A stretch of 64,000 nucleotides of DNA from an uncultured delta proteobacterium (GCA_963727625.1 CAVSHR010000004.1:480001-544000); one strand, 5' to 3'. Counted from the first letter of the stretch, positions 16,781-27,183 are shown. The notes: generated by a model from the letters alone, not told the origin. Program-made: numbers and translations.

Positions 16781-16948
16781 TTGAACTTTTTTTGAACCCT
16801 TGAAACTCGAACGACCCGCCGCGTTCAAATAGTTCAAACCGCTCAATCGCTGCGCTCCGATCAATCCCCCTCCTTCCGTCCTCCCCCGCGACGCGGGGGA
16901 GGAAACGGGTAGGGCTTGATCCCTTTGAACGATTTGAACGGCTTGAAC
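16781..16948. repeat. Nested repeat element: TTGAAC/GTTCAA unit arms around a GC-rich REP-like hairpin
   Basis: gttcaaatagttcaaaccgctcaa ... tcctcccccgcgacgcgggggagga ... ttgaacgatttgaacggcttgaac. Confidence 0.75.
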
Positions 16949-16950
16949 AC

Positions 16951-18531
16951 TTACAGGTTTAAATCCTCTTTCATAATTTGCCAGCAGTTATATCCCGATC
17001 CCGCAATGACCGCATCCGCGGGATGCATGGCGACGCCGACTTGGTACAGGCCTTGAATCGGCGTACGATAGTCGGCGACCTGCTCGATCGGCCGTTGCTC
17101 GCCCATTTGCACGGCGATCTTGCGCGCCACCCACACCGAACCCCGCCGCATGTTGGGCCAGCGGCCGGAGATGTAGAACGGGTCCACGGCCACTTTCATT
17201 TCGATGTTATCGTCGGTCAGGTTGGTGGCGTAGCGCCGCCAGATGCTCAAGACTCTTTCCATGTAGCCGGTCTTCAATCTGACCCAGTCCTCCGGCGTTT
17301 TTCCCTTGAGTTGAAACGGCACCGGAACAAAAACCGAAGCAGCGTGCTTGCCCGCCGGCGCTTGCAACGGATCGAACGCCGTCGGACAGATGGCGTGCAG
17401 GCATGGGGGCTCAGGGAATTCGCCGGCGCGGATTTCCCGCCACATGCTTTCCAGGTCTGCGGGCGTTTCCGGCCCGATGGTCACGCTCATCGCCCGCCCC
17501 ACCGAAGCGTTTTCGGCCTCGTGCAGCGCGTAGCGCAACGGCGCCTTCAGCGCCAAGTGAACTTGAAAAATTGAAAATTCATCGAGCTGAATATCCTTGA
17601 CCCGCTCGACGAAGGTGCGCGGCAGATAGTCCTCGCCCACCATCTCGACGAACGTCGAATACGGATCGGCGTTGGAAACCACAGCCAGATGCGCCTTCCA
17701 TTCCCGTCCGTCGCGCAGTCGGACTCCTACCGCCCGCCCGTCGTCGTCCACGAGGATTTTCTCGACATGATGCACGGCGCGAATCTGCCCGCCGCCGTGC
17801 ACGAAGGCGCGCTGCAATACTTGAGCGATGGAATGGGAGCCGCCGCGGGCCAGCTCAGGCTTCTCGTCGCCCGCAACCAGTTTCAAAACTTCGATGCCGG
17901 CGCCGGCATAATCCAAGCCCACGCCGCGCGGGATCGCCATTTGTGACAGAATCAGCGTCTTTACCGCAGCATTTTCAAAAAGCTCGTCGACGACCTGCCG
18001 CGGCGTCAGTTGCCAAAGCCTTTTGAATTCTTTAGCCGATGCGTCGCCGTCGAGTTTTTGCAGCACATCGTCCAAATGCTGAGGCCGGGTGTGGTAGTAC
18101 GGAATCAAGTAATCGCGGATGATCCGATGAAACCGCTCGTGCGTCACGCGCCAAGTATCGGCATCTTTGGCGGAAAGTTTTTTGATGTCGGCAACCGTCT
18201 CGTCGAGCGCCTGATGGTGTGAGAGGGATGCGCCGTTGTTCAAGATCAGCGCGCTCACCACCGGCGGCGCGACAAACTCGGCGTGGTAACCCTCGGCCCA
18301 ATTAAGTTCTTTCCAGACCCGCGACGCCTCGCGGTTGTCCTGAAAGTAAGCGAGGGTATTATGCCAGTAACCCGGCATGGTGATCTCTTCGCTCGCCAAA
18401 CGGCCGCCGTTTTCCAACCGGCTTTCGCAGATCACGGTTTTCAAGCCCGCCTTAGCGAGGTATGTGCCGAGAGCAAAGTTATTTTGCCCGGCGCCGATAA
18501 GAATCACGTCCCACTCGCTGTCAATCACCAT
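16951..18531 (-). CDS. Phytoene-dehydrogenase-like FAD-dependent oxidoreductase (divergent paralog)
   Basis: LIGAGQNN, DPLQAPAGKH and YRTPIQGLYQVGVAMHP motifs. Confidence 0.85.
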   Translation of the reverse strand: MVIDSEWDVILIGAGQNNFALGTYLAKAGLKTVICESRLENGGRLASEEITMPGYWHNTLAYFQDNREASRVWKELNWAEGYHAEFVAPPVVSALILNNGASLSHHQALDETVADIKKLSAKDADTWRVTHERFHRIIRDYLIPYYHTRPQHLDDVLQKLDGDASAKEFKRLWQLTPRQVVDELFENAAVKTLILSQMAIPRGVGLDYAGAGIEVLKLVAGDEKPELARGGSHSIAQVLQRAFVHGGGQIRAVHHVEKILVDDDGRAVGVRLRDGREWKAHLAVVSNADPYSTFVEMVGEDYLPRTFVERVKDIQLDEFSIFQVHLALKAPLRYALHEAENASVGRAMSVTIGPETPADLESMWREIRAGEFPEPPCLHAICPTAFDPLQAPAGKHAASVFVPVPFQLKGKTPEDWVRLKTGYMERVLSIWRRYATNLTDDNIEMKVAVDPFYISGRWPNMRRGSVWVARKIAVQMGEQRPIEQVADYRTPIQGLYQVGVAMHPADAVIAGSGYNCWQIMKEDLNL

Positions 18532-18796
18532 TGTCGCTCCGAAAAGAAATTGGCATCTTCACCCACTTGTTGAAACCCGGCGCTCTTAACACGGTGGAGT
18601 TCGTGCTTTCAAGGGTCGTCGTGCCTGACAAACTGTGTGTAACCCCTGGCTAACAGGGTTCCCCAAAATGAAAAGCTAACCGGCCGCACCGAAAAGCCTC
18701 CCCAACGAGATGATTTGATTTAATATCGAAAAGCATTGGGTCTGTCCATTGTTTGTTTCGGGCCGGATCCTTTGGTACTTTAATGGGGAACCGATT

Positions 18797-19915
18797 ATGA
18801 CCGCGCAAGAAAAACTCAAGAATATTCGCGAGGAGTTGAAGCAGATATTCCTGGAACGCGGCGACTTGATCGACGGTGCCCTGGCCGCGCTGCTGTCTTC
18901 GCACCATCTGCTGATCATCGGCCCGCCCGGCACGGCGAAATCGATGCTTGCCGACGAACTGTGCCGGCGCATCGAGGGGGCGAATTATTTCCAGTGGCTG
19001 CTCACCCGCTTCACGACCCCGGAAGAAATCTTCGGCGCGGTCAGCTTGAAGGCGCTGGAGCAGGACGATTACCGGCGCGTGACCACGCGCAAACTGCCGG
19101 ATGCCCATATCGCTTTCCTGGATGAAATATTCAAGGCCAATTCGTCGATCCTCAATGCGATTCTGACGCTGATCAACGAGCGCTTGTTTCATAACGGCAA
19201 GGAAGTAACGCACGTGCCCCTGCTGACCCTTTTCGGCGCCAGCAACGAGCTGCCCGAGGAAGAGGAGCTGACTGCGCTTTACGACCGTTTTTTGCTGCGC
19301 TTCGTAGTCAATTATATCGCCGAGGATTTTCGGTTCTTGCGCATGCTTGAATCTCAAGCGCAGCCCCAGCGCACCATTCTATCGTTGGCCGAGTTGCAAG
19401 AATTGCAGCAAGCCGTCCGCGCCGTCGCCCTGCCGCCCCATGTTTACCGCGGCATCGCCGATATCCGGCGCGAGCTCAACAAGAAGAACATCGTAGCCTC
19501 CGACCGCCGCTATCGCCAATCCCTCGCCTTGCTCCAGGCCCATGCCTTCCTCGAAGGGGCCACCGAAGTACAGGAGAAAAATCTTTTTTTCCTCGAACAT
19601 GTGCTGTGGCGCGATCCGGTGGAGCAGGAGCAAGTGCGCGGGACGATTCGCGAGCTCTTGCTCGGCTACGAGGAAGAAATCGCCGAGCTGCTCTACGAAT
19701 CCCGCGAAATCCGCGAGTCGGCCTTGCAGCCGGGACGAGCCAGCGAAGAACGCGCCCGCGCGCTCATCGAGTTTCACACCAAGCTGCGAAATATTCTCGC
19801 CAAGGTCGATCAGATTGTGGACAAAGCCCAGCGCCTGGGCCGTCCGCTCGAGCGCGTCAACAACGTGCGCACCGAGATCGAGCAGCTGCAAAAAGATATG
19901 CTGGAGCAGTTCTGA
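18797..19915 (+). CDS. MoxR-family AAA+ ATPase, RavA-like
   Basis: Walker A GPPGTAKS, LLTRFTTPEEIFG, Walker B FLDEIFKA..ILN, ASNELP, ALYDRFL and SDRR motifs. Confidence 0.9.
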   Translation: MTAQEKLKNIREELKQIFLERGDLIDGALAALLSSHHLLIIGPPGTAKSMLADELCRRIEGANYFQWLLTRFTTPEEIFGAVSLKALEQDDYRRVTTRKLPDAHIAFLDEIFKANSSILNAILTLINERLFHNGKEVTHVPLLTLFGASNELPEEEELTALYDRFLLRFVVNYIAEDFRFLRMLESQAQPQRTILSLAELQELQQAVRAVALPPHVYRGIADIRRELNKKNIVASDRRYRQSLALLQAHAFLEGATEVQEKNLFFLEHVLWRDPVEQEQVRGTIRELLLGYEEEIAELLYESREIRESALQPGRASEERARALIEFHTKLRNILAKVDQIVDKAQRLGRPLERVNNVRTEIEQLQKDMLEQF

Positions 19916-21489
19916 TGCCGCCCCGGCGGACCAAGAAGACGCTGCCCAAACGGGTTTTTCAGCCCCTCCCTAAAAATACTTTCTGGCTTGAGCATGACGC
20001 CTATGACCGGCGCGTGTGGGCGCATCTCCGCAGCGAATCGCCGTCACTGCGCGAGGTCGAGGAGAAGGGCGGCAATCTTTTACCCCACTTCGCCTCGCTG
20101 TTGCAGGACATCTTTTGCCTACTGTTCAAATTCAACATCAAATATCACCCGGAGGCAGAGCTGCTCCCCAGCGCGCTGCTCAATCATCAATTTCTCCAGG
20201 CCATACATCAGGGCGCCCAGTATGACTTTCTGCGCGAGCAGACCCTGCTCAACGAAGCCCACGCCGGCCTATCGACGCTGATTCTCGCCGAGCGCCTGCT
20301 GGCGCTGGTGCGTGAGGAGAAGTTTCTTACGCGCCGCGACCTGCGCGATCTCTGGGACATCCAGAAACAAGAAGAACTGGTCGGTCAAAAGCTCGAAGAA
20401 TACGAGAACTCCGACACGATTCCGCAGGAGCAAATGTCGGAGCAAGGCAAGAAGGCGCTGCAGCAGGCCAAAGAGCGCATGGGCGGCGAGGTACAAGGCG
20501 CCGAAGCCTTATTAAGGCATAAGAGCCAACAACTGAAGGAAGACTTAAGGCAAATCGAAGCGCAGGCGACCAACCGTCTCCAGGCCGAAGCGATTAAAGT
20601 CGCCCAGGAACTAGAGGACGCCACCGAGGCGGCGCAAACCTGGGGCGACACCATCGGCACCGGCGCTCGCACCCCGCCCGGCCAAAAGCTCGAGCTCGGC
20701 CGGCGCCTGGCCGGCAACGAGAAACTCAAAAAGCTCGCGCGCATGGTCGGGCGCATGAAGTTTCACGCTTTAGCCTTGCGAAAAAAGGTGTTTGAGCGAT
20801 CAAATGAAGAATTACTTGAGGTGGAACAGGGCGATGCTCTGCATCGGTTGCTGCCCCATGAATTGCTCAGCCTGCACCACCCGGTGCTGCGGAAGGACTT
20901 TTACCGCCGCTATCTCGATCAGGAGCTGATCCAGTATTCGCTGCGCGGCGTGGAAGAAAAAGGCAAAGGCCCGATGATCGTCTGCCTAGACGGCAGCTCT
21001 TCCATGTCCGGGGACAAGGAAATTTGGTCGAAGGCGGTAACGCTGACGCTGCTGGAAATCGCCCGAAAGCAGCGCCGGCTGTTCCGGTCGATATGCTTCT
21101 CATCGGCGGAGACGCCGCTCCAAGTCCTCGACATGAACCCGCGCGACCGCTACGAGATCGAGACGAAAACGGTCATGGATTTAGCCGAATATTTTCCCGG
21201 CGGCGGCACAGACTTTCAAACTCCCCTAGACGCTGCATTGGATTGCCTGCGAGAATCGCGCTTCAAGAAGGGCGATATCATCTTCATCACCGACGGCGAA
21301 TGCCAGGTCGATCCGGATTGGGCGGAGCGCTTTCGCGAGGAAAAAGAACAACTCGGCTTCTCGCTGTTCTCGATTTTGATCGACGTTGGATCAGCGTCCC
21401 TAGGAACGCTCAAGGAATTCAGCGACCGGATCTCGACGATCAAGCAGTTAACCGGAGACGAAGCGCAAGAGATTTTTGTGAAGTTCTGA
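19915..21489 (+). CDS. VWA-domain protein, ViaA-like
   Basis: RLLPHEL, KGPMIVCLDGSSSM (MIDAS), GGGTDF and DIIFITDGE motifs; translationally coupled to the ATPase. Confidence 0.88.
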   Translation: MPPRRTKKTLPKRVFQPLPKNTFWLEHDAYDRRVWAHLRSESPSLREVEEKGGNLLPHFASLLQDIFCLLFKFNIKYHPEAELLPSALLNHQFLQAIHQGAQYDFLREQTLLNEAHAGLSTLILAERLLALVREEKFLTRRDLRDLWDIQKQEELVGQKLEEYENSDTIPQEQMSEQGKKALQQAKERMGGEVQGAEALLRHKSQQLKEDLRQIEAQATNRLQAEAIKVAQELEDATEAAQTWGDTIGTGARTPPGQKLELGRRLAGNEKLKKLARMVGRMKFHALALRKKVFERSNEELLEVEQGDALHRLLPHELLSLHHPVLRKDFYRRYLDQELIQYSLRGVEEKGKGPMIVCLDGSSSMSGDKEIWSKAVTLTLLEIARKQRRLFRSICFSSAETPLQVLDMNPRDRYEIETKTVMDLAEYFPGGGTDFQTPLDAALDCLRESRFKKGDIIFITDGECQVDPDWAERFREEKEQLGFSLFSILIDVGSASLGTLKEFSDRISTIKQLTGDEAQEIFVKF

Positions 21490-21513
21490 GCCGCCTTGCA
21501 GGGATATTCACTG

Positions 21514-22650
21514 CTAGCTCGCCTGTTTCGTTTTACGCGGATACAACGCATCGACCATGGCGCGCTTATGATAGAGCGGCGTGCCCAGATACTGATAGAG
21601 CGAATGCGCCAGTACGCTGTGCGCCATCAACGGATGTTTGTAGTCGGTGCCGGCGCCGGCGAAAACCATGTGGGAAAAATTACAGGACTGATAATAGGCC
21701 TCGCTCGCCACCGCTTTCGCTTGGTGCACGCTGGCCCGCGCTTCGATCCCGGACTCGATCTTCCACAGAGTTTCATAAGTCGTCCAGCGCGCGCCATCGA
21801 GATGGATCGAGATGTCGACGCAGTGATCCTGCACCCGCTGAAAGCGGCCGATGGGCTGGCCGAACACGACGCGCGTGCGCGTGTATTCGTTGGTCATCTC
21901 GAAAATTTCCTGGCAGGCGCCGACTTTGTAGGCGCACAGAATCGGCAACGTCTGGCCGAGCGCCGATTCGATGGTCTGCCAACCGGAATCCACCGCGCCG
22001 ATGAGAGCATCGGCGCCCACCGCAACGTTATCGAAGCCGACTTCAGCAGCGCCGACCATGAAACCGAAAACCGGCTTGACCGAAACCCCGGGCGCGTTGC
22101 GATCGACCAGCGCCAGCATGACTTTACCGCTCTCAGTGCGCGCCGCGCAAATAAAATGGCTCGCGGCCTCGCCGTCATGCACGAACCGCTTGGAACCCTT
22201 GAGCGTATAACCCTTGGCGGTTTTGTTTGCCCGCGTCTGCACCGAGCGCGGCCCGAATTGAATCTGATCGTCGGAGATCGCGGGAATGACGATCGCGCTG
22301 CCGTCGCAGATCTTCGGCAGCCAGGTTTTTTTCTGTGCGTCGGAGCCGCCGGCTAAAATCAACTGCGCCGACAAGACACCCGAAGTAAAAAACGGTCCAG
22401 GTAGCGGGCCCCGGCCAAGCTCTTCAAACACCACCGCGCAATCGGTCCAAGAAGCTCCGCCGCCGCCGAACTCTTCCGGCACGATCATGCCAAGCCAGCC
22501 GACTCCCGCGGTCTTCTTGTAGATCTCCGGGATGAAAGTGATTTTTTTCTCGTACCATTCGGTAATTGCATAAGGCGGCGCCTCGGCCTTCAAAAATACC
22601 GCCGCGACTTTCTTCATCATGTTTTGATCGTCATTTAATCTAAGATCCAT
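21514..22650 (-). CDS. Acyl-CoA dehydrogenase family protein (probable non-catalytic partner subunit)
   Basis: PEEFGGGG, EELGR, LKGSKRFV and FGQPIGRFQ motifs. Confidence 0.88.
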   Translation of the reverse strand: MDLRLNDDQNMMKKVAAVFLKAEAPPYAITEWYEKKITFIPEIYKKTAGVGWLGMIVPEEFGGGGASWTDCAVVFEELGRGPLPGPFFTSGVLSAQLILAGGSDAQKKTWLPKICDGSAIVIPAISDDQIQFGPRSVQTRANKTAKGYTLKGSKRFVHDGEAASHFICAARTESGKVMLALVDRNAPGVSVKPVFGFMVGAAEVGFDNVAVGADALIGAVDSGWQTIESALGQTLPILCAYKVGACQEIFEMTNEYTRTRVVFGQPIGRFQRVQDHCVDISIHLDGARWTTYETLWKIESGIEARASVHQAKAVASEAYYQSCNFSHMVFAGAGTDYKHPLMAHSVLAHSLYQYLGTPLYHKRAMVDALYPRKTKQAS

Positions 22651-22693
22651 AGTTCAGTCCCCATCCGGTTGCATTCGTTCTTTTTTGCCGAAT

Positions 22694-23908
22694 TCACACG
22701 GTCGTCGGAGCGTTTTCTTGCGACGGGCGGCCCAAGCCCAATCGCCGTGCGATGATCAGGCGGTCCGTGTCCAACGTGCCGCCGCCATGCAGCCAACCCG
22801 GACCGCTGCGCACGGTGTATTCGAAATCCGCGACCTCATGCACCGAGTTGTCCGGCACCAGCGCGTCGTAGCCCAAGATCTTCTGCACGCGCTCGGAATT
22901 GCGCAGCCGCACCATGCGCTGGAAATAAAGATACTGCGGCCCGCCGTAGGCGTGCGGTTCGCGCACGTAGCGGTGCCAGAAATTGCGCAACCCCATCAAG
23001 CGCTGAACATCGAGATCGATCAAGATATCGGCGATCTCGTCGCGGATATCCTGATCTTCCATCAGACTCTCGCCGTCGAAGTCGGTTTTTTGGCAGTGCT
23101 CGACGATCCGTTTGAACAGCGGCTGCTCAGCCACGCTGCCACCCCCGCCATGCTCAAGCTCTAAATAGCTGTTGGCTACTTTCCAGCCGTTGTTCTCGCC
23201 GCCGACCAAATATTTCGCCGGCACGCGCGCGTTATCGAAGAATACAGCGTTCTTGATACCCATCATTAGATGCATGTGTTGCAGCGTGATCCCCGGCAAA
23301 TTGGCCGGTATATAGAGCCAGCCGAGATTTTCATGACGCTTGCCGGCAGGGTTGGTGCACACGAACGTCCAGAGATAGTCCGGCGGCAGATGGTGACCGA
23401 CCAAGACCTTCTGGCCGTTGACGACATAGTGGTCACCGTCGCGAATCGCTTTGGTCTGACAGTTGGCGACATCGCTGCCGCCCTGCGGTTCGGTCAACAG
23501 TTGCCAGACGGCAAGCTCGCCGCGCATCATCGGCGGCAGAAATTCCATCTTCTGCTCTTCTGTGCCGAACTTCATCAACGCCGGCGCCACCAAGCGCGCC
23601 AGCGTGTAAAAGACCGAGCCAAGGGACAAGCCGTAACGGTCGATTTCGGTTTCGAGCACGAACTGATGATCGAGGCTCAACCCGGCGCCGCCATATTGCA
23701 CCGGATAGGTCGGAAACAACCAGCGTTTTTGCCCCAATTTACCGGCCAGCGCGCGGCGAAATCTGTACTCCTCGTCGTTTTCCCGGGTCGACCAGTTGCC
23801 GGACCAGCGCAGATGCTCGCTGCCCTTCATCTGTTCCACCAACCACTCGCGCACTTCCCGGCGAAATGCGCTAATCTCGGGAGTGTCTTGTTGCAAGCTA
23901 AAATCCAT
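22694..23908 (-). CDS. Acyl-CoA dehydrogenase family protein
   Basis: YGGAG, FGTEEQK, TEPQGGSDVA, VVNGQK and GGENNGW motifs; AGGAG RBS. Confidence 0.9.
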   Translation of the reverse strand: MDFSLQQDTPEISAFRREVREWLVEQMKGSEHLRWSGNWSTRENDEEYRFRRALAGKLGQKRWLFPTYPVQYGGAGLSLDHQFVLETEIDRYGLSLGSVFYTLARLVAPALMKFGTEEQKMEFLPPMMRGELAVWQLLTEPQGGSDVANCQTKAIRDGDHYVVNGQKVLVGHHLPPDYLWTFVCTNPAGKRHENLGWLYIPANLPGITLQHMHLMMGIKNAVFFDNARVPAKYLVGGENNGWKVANSYLELEHGGGGSVAEQPLFKRIVEHCQKTDFDGESLMEDQDIRDEIADILIDLDVQRLMGLRNFWHRYVREPHAYGGPQYLYFQRMVRLRNSERVQKILGYDALVPDNSVHEVADFEYTVRSGPGWLHGGGTLDTDRLIIARRLGLGRPSQENAPTTV

Positions 23909-24000
23909 GGTGGCTCTCCTTTTTCTGTTTGAAACAATAAAGTTTTTCGCGCTCGCGCTCGAATCCGGCCCGATACGACCCACGCACACAATCACGAGCT

Positions 24001-24516
24001 TTAAACATCCCACTCCCCCGCCACCAGCCGCACAATCACGGGATGAAGAATTCGATAGGACAAACCCCAGAGCCGGTGCTGGCCGACTTGATAGTAAGTC
24101 ACCTGCTCGGCCTTGGTCCAGGTGGGAAAGCGGTCGATCATCTTGTCCTGGACGCCGGGTCGGGTGAGATCGCTAAGTTTGACGTCGATCAGCTCGGCGA
24201 TTTCTCGTTCGTCGATCCGCCATCGATCCGGCAAGGAGATACGCGCGAGATACGGGAACACGCGATAACCAGTGGTTCGTGTTTGTTCCATCGGCAACTC
24301 GGCGAGCACGTCGTGTTTCGGCACATTCAGACCCAATTCCTCGCGCACTTCGCGCAGCGCCGTATCAAGCATTGTTTCGTCTTCCGCGTCATGCTTGCCG
24401 CCCGGAAAAGCGATCTGCCCTCCGTGAACTCCGCCGGGATTGCGCAAAATCATGACGATACGCAGCTCGCCTGACTGCGCGCGATAGACTGGAATTAGCA
24501 CGGCAGCGTCGATCAT
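24001..24516 (-). CDS. Nudix hydrolase, CoA pyrophosphatase type
   Basis: AAVLIP, HGGQIAFPGG, TALREVREELG (Nudix box) and LWGL motifs. Confidence 0.88.
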   Translation of the reverse strand: MIDAAVLIPVYRAQSGELRIVMILRNPGGVHGGQIAFPGGKHDAEDETMLDTALREVREELGLNVPKHDVLAELPMEQTRTTGYRVFPYLARISLPDRWRIDEREIAELIDVKLSDLTRPGVQDKMIDRFPTWTKAEQVTYYQVGQHRLWGLSYRILHPVIVRLVAGEWDV

Positions 24517-24649
24517 CGGTGGGCATCCTCTTTCTCGCTTTTACTACATCCCTAAGGGGTTAAGCAAAGATCGCTATGGCACGGGAAAATTAGATTGCAT
24601 CATGGCGTTATTGTGATAAACGGAATCCGGCGAAAGGATTCCTCTCCCT

Positions 24650-26257
24650 ATGGATCGAACACCCAATTTCCTTCTGATTATCACCGACCAGCATCGCGCG
24701 GATCATCTCGGTTGTTACGGCAACACCGTAGTCCAAACGCCGAATATCGATCGGCTCGCCGACTCGGGAACGCGCTTCGAACGCTTCTACGTTGCCACGC
24801 CGATCTGCATGCCGAACCGCGCGACCTTGATGACCGGGCGCATGCCGTCGCTTCACGGAGCGCGCCAAAACGGAATTCCGCTGTCGCTCACGGCGACCAC
24901 CTTCGTCGACATCATGCGCGCGGCTGGCTACGAGACCGCGCTGGTCGGCAAGTGTCATTTGCAAAGCATCAACGGCAATTTGCCGGTCACGGGGATGCCC
25001 GAAAGCGATCCCAATTTTACCCCGGCGCCGCTGGAGTTAAGGGAAGCCGACAACACGCTGCGCAGGCATGGACGTTACGATCAAGAACTGCCTTCCACCT
25101 GGGCGCGCGAGCGGGACTTCGAACCGACGCTTCCCTACTATGGCTTCGACCATGTCGAGCTTGCCATCGGCCACGGCGACAAAACCGTCGGCCACTACTC
25201 GCGCTGGCTCAGGACTCGCCACCCCAACCCCGATTCATTGCGCGGACCGGAAAATCAGCTGCCTGGCAACCACTACATTGCGCCGCAGGCCTGGCGCACC
25301 AGAGTTCCTGAATCGCTCTACCCGACGGCCTATGTGGCCGAGCGAACCATGAAGTACCTGGAGAACTATTCGCGCACCGACCGCGCCAGGCCGTTCTATA
25401 TCCAATGTTCGTTTCCCGATCCGCACCATCCGTTCACCCCGCCGGGGCGCTACTGGGATATGTACGATCCCGAGTCGATCAAATTGCCGCCGTCATTCGA
25501 TGCCGGGGAACGGTCGATTCCGCCTCATCTGCAAAGCCTCTACGACGAGCGGGAGCAGAACACGAGCAACCGGGACGGCCAGCGCACTTTCGCGATCACC
25601 GCTCGCGAAGCGCGCGAAGCGATCGCGCTATCTTACGGTATGATTTCCATGGTCGACGATGCCATCGGCAGCATAGTGGGATGGCTGAAAAACCTCCGTC
25701 TCGATCAAGACACCGTCGTCATCTTTACCAGCGATCACGGCGATTTTATGGGCGATCACCAATTACTGCTCAAAGGCGCGCTGCATTACCGCGGCCTGGT
25801 GCGCGTTCCGTTCATTTGGAACGACCCGGCCAATGACAGCTGCGGCATCGTCAACTCGGAACTCTGCGGCACGCTCGACATCGCCAGCACCATTCTCGCC
25901 CGGGCTCGATTGCAGGGCCACAACGGCATGCAAGGCGTCAGCCTGCTGCCGGCGATGCGCGGCGAAAAGACCGGACATGGATCGCTCGTCATCGAGGAAC
26001 ACCAGCGACGCGGCTATATGGGACTTAAAAATAATTTCCGCGCCCGGAGTTTGATCACGGCCGATGCTCGATTGACTTTGTATGAGGGTGCCGAGTGGGG
26101 CGAGCTTTACGACCTGAGCCATGACCCCGATGAAATGAACAATCTATGGGACGATCCACGTTCCCGCGACCGGCGCTACGGACTGACTGAAGAGCTCGCG
26201 CGACAAATGATGGCGCGCGCCGATTCCAGCCCGCTGGCGACCCACCATGGACCGTAA
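24650..26257 (+). CDS. Sulfatase (Cys-type), no signal peptide
   Basis: PNFLLIITDQHR, CMPNRATLMTGR (CxPxR), GKCH, DPHHP, TSDHGD and ELYDL..DP.E motifs. Confidence 0.92.
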   Translation: MDRTPNFLLIITDQHRADHLGCYGNTVVQTPNIDRLADSGTRFERFYVATPICMPNRATLMTGRMPSLHGARQNGIPLSLTATTFVDIMRAAGYETALVGKCHLQSINGNLPVTGMPESDPNFTPAPLELREADNTLRRHGRYDQELPSTWARERDFEPTLPYYGFDHVELAIGHGDKTVGHYSRWLRTRHPNPDSLRGPENQLPGNHYIAPQAWRTRVPESLYPTAYVAERTMKYLENYSRTDRARPFYIQCSFPDPHHPFTPPGRYWDMYDPESIKLPPSFDAGERSIPPHLQSLYDEREQNTSNRDGQRTFAITAREAREAIALSYGMISMVDDAIGSIVGWLKNLRLDQDTVVIFTSDHGDFMGDHQLLLKGALHYRGLVRVPFIWNDPANDSCGIVNSELCGTLDIASTILARARLQGHNGMQGVSLLPAMRGEKTGHGSLVIEEHQRRGYMGLKNNFRARSLITADARLTLYEGAEWGELYDLSHDPDEMNNLWDDPRSRDRRYGLTEELARQMMARADSSPLATHHGP

Positions 26258-26364
26258 ACAACCTAGCAAACAGTAAGTTATGAGACCTGAGTTCTGAGCA
26301 AAAACTTACAAAAATAAAAGAATCCGGCGAACATTTTACTCGGCTCCCAAGACTCAGCATGCTC

Positions 26365-27183
26365 CTACCGTTTAATCGCCGAAGCGATCAGCGCGGGCAT
26401 CGGCAGCTCGACCACGTCACCCTTGGTATATTTTTCCAGCTCGACGCGCATGGCTTCGCGAATTTTGTTCAAGACCGTCGGCTTTTGCACTCCCAACAAT
26501 CCCGCCGTGCGCACGGTGCTGTTCTTCATTGCCTCGAATAATCCGTCGGCAGCGGGCAGGCGCCAACGCTGCGCAACTTTGGTAATCTTCGGCAACTCGA
26601 AACCCGCGGCGATTAGGCTCCGAACGCACTCTTCGGCGTCGCTGAAGCGAAAAAACGGCGGCCCCTCCGGCAATTCGATCCGCGGCTCGCCGTGCAACTC
26701 CACTGCGCGCAGAACGATGCCGAAGCCGATGGTTTCCTGGGGCGGAGCCCAGACCGAAAAGGCGAAACGCCCGCCCGAACGCAAGACCCGGTAAGCTTCC
26801 GCGATCGCCAGATCCGGACGACCGAGATGAAGAATACCGAAGTTCATCGCGGCGGCTTCGAACAGGCCGTTGCCCAAGGGCAATGCTTCGGCGTCGCCCT
26901 CGCGAAACTCCACGCCGGTATGTAGCCGCTTTGCTTGCGCGACCATTGCCGCGGAAAAATCGAGTCCCAAAACGACCGCGCCACGCTCGGCCGCCGCAGC
27001 GGCGACGTAGCCGGGACCGCTGGCAATGTCGAGAAAGGTCATGCCGCGTTTGACTCGGGCCGCGTCGAGCAACGATTCGATCGCTTGCGTCGTCAGCCGG
27101 CCGAACGCGTCATGGTAACCATCGGGAATGCCTTCCCAACCCTGATGTTCAAAATTTCTAAATTTCTCAATGTCTAGAGCCAT
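26365..27183 (-). CDS. Class I SAM-dependent methyltransferase
   Basis: LDIASGPG, GLDFSAAM, GDAEALP and RVLRSGG motifs. Confidence 0.9.
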   Translation of the reverse strand: MALDIEKFRNFEHQGWEGIPDGYHDAFGRLTTQAIESLLDAARVKRGMTFLDIASGPGYVAAAAAERGAVVLGLDFSAAMVAQAKRLHTGVEFREGDAEALPLGNGLFEAAAMNFGILHLGRPDLAIAEAYRVLRSGGRFAFSVWAPPQETIGFGIVLRAVELHGEPRIELPEGPPFFRFSDAEECVRSLIAAGFELPKITKVAQRWRLPAADGLFEAMKNSTVRTAGLLGVQKPTVLNKIREAMRVELEKYTKGDVVELPMPALIASAIKR

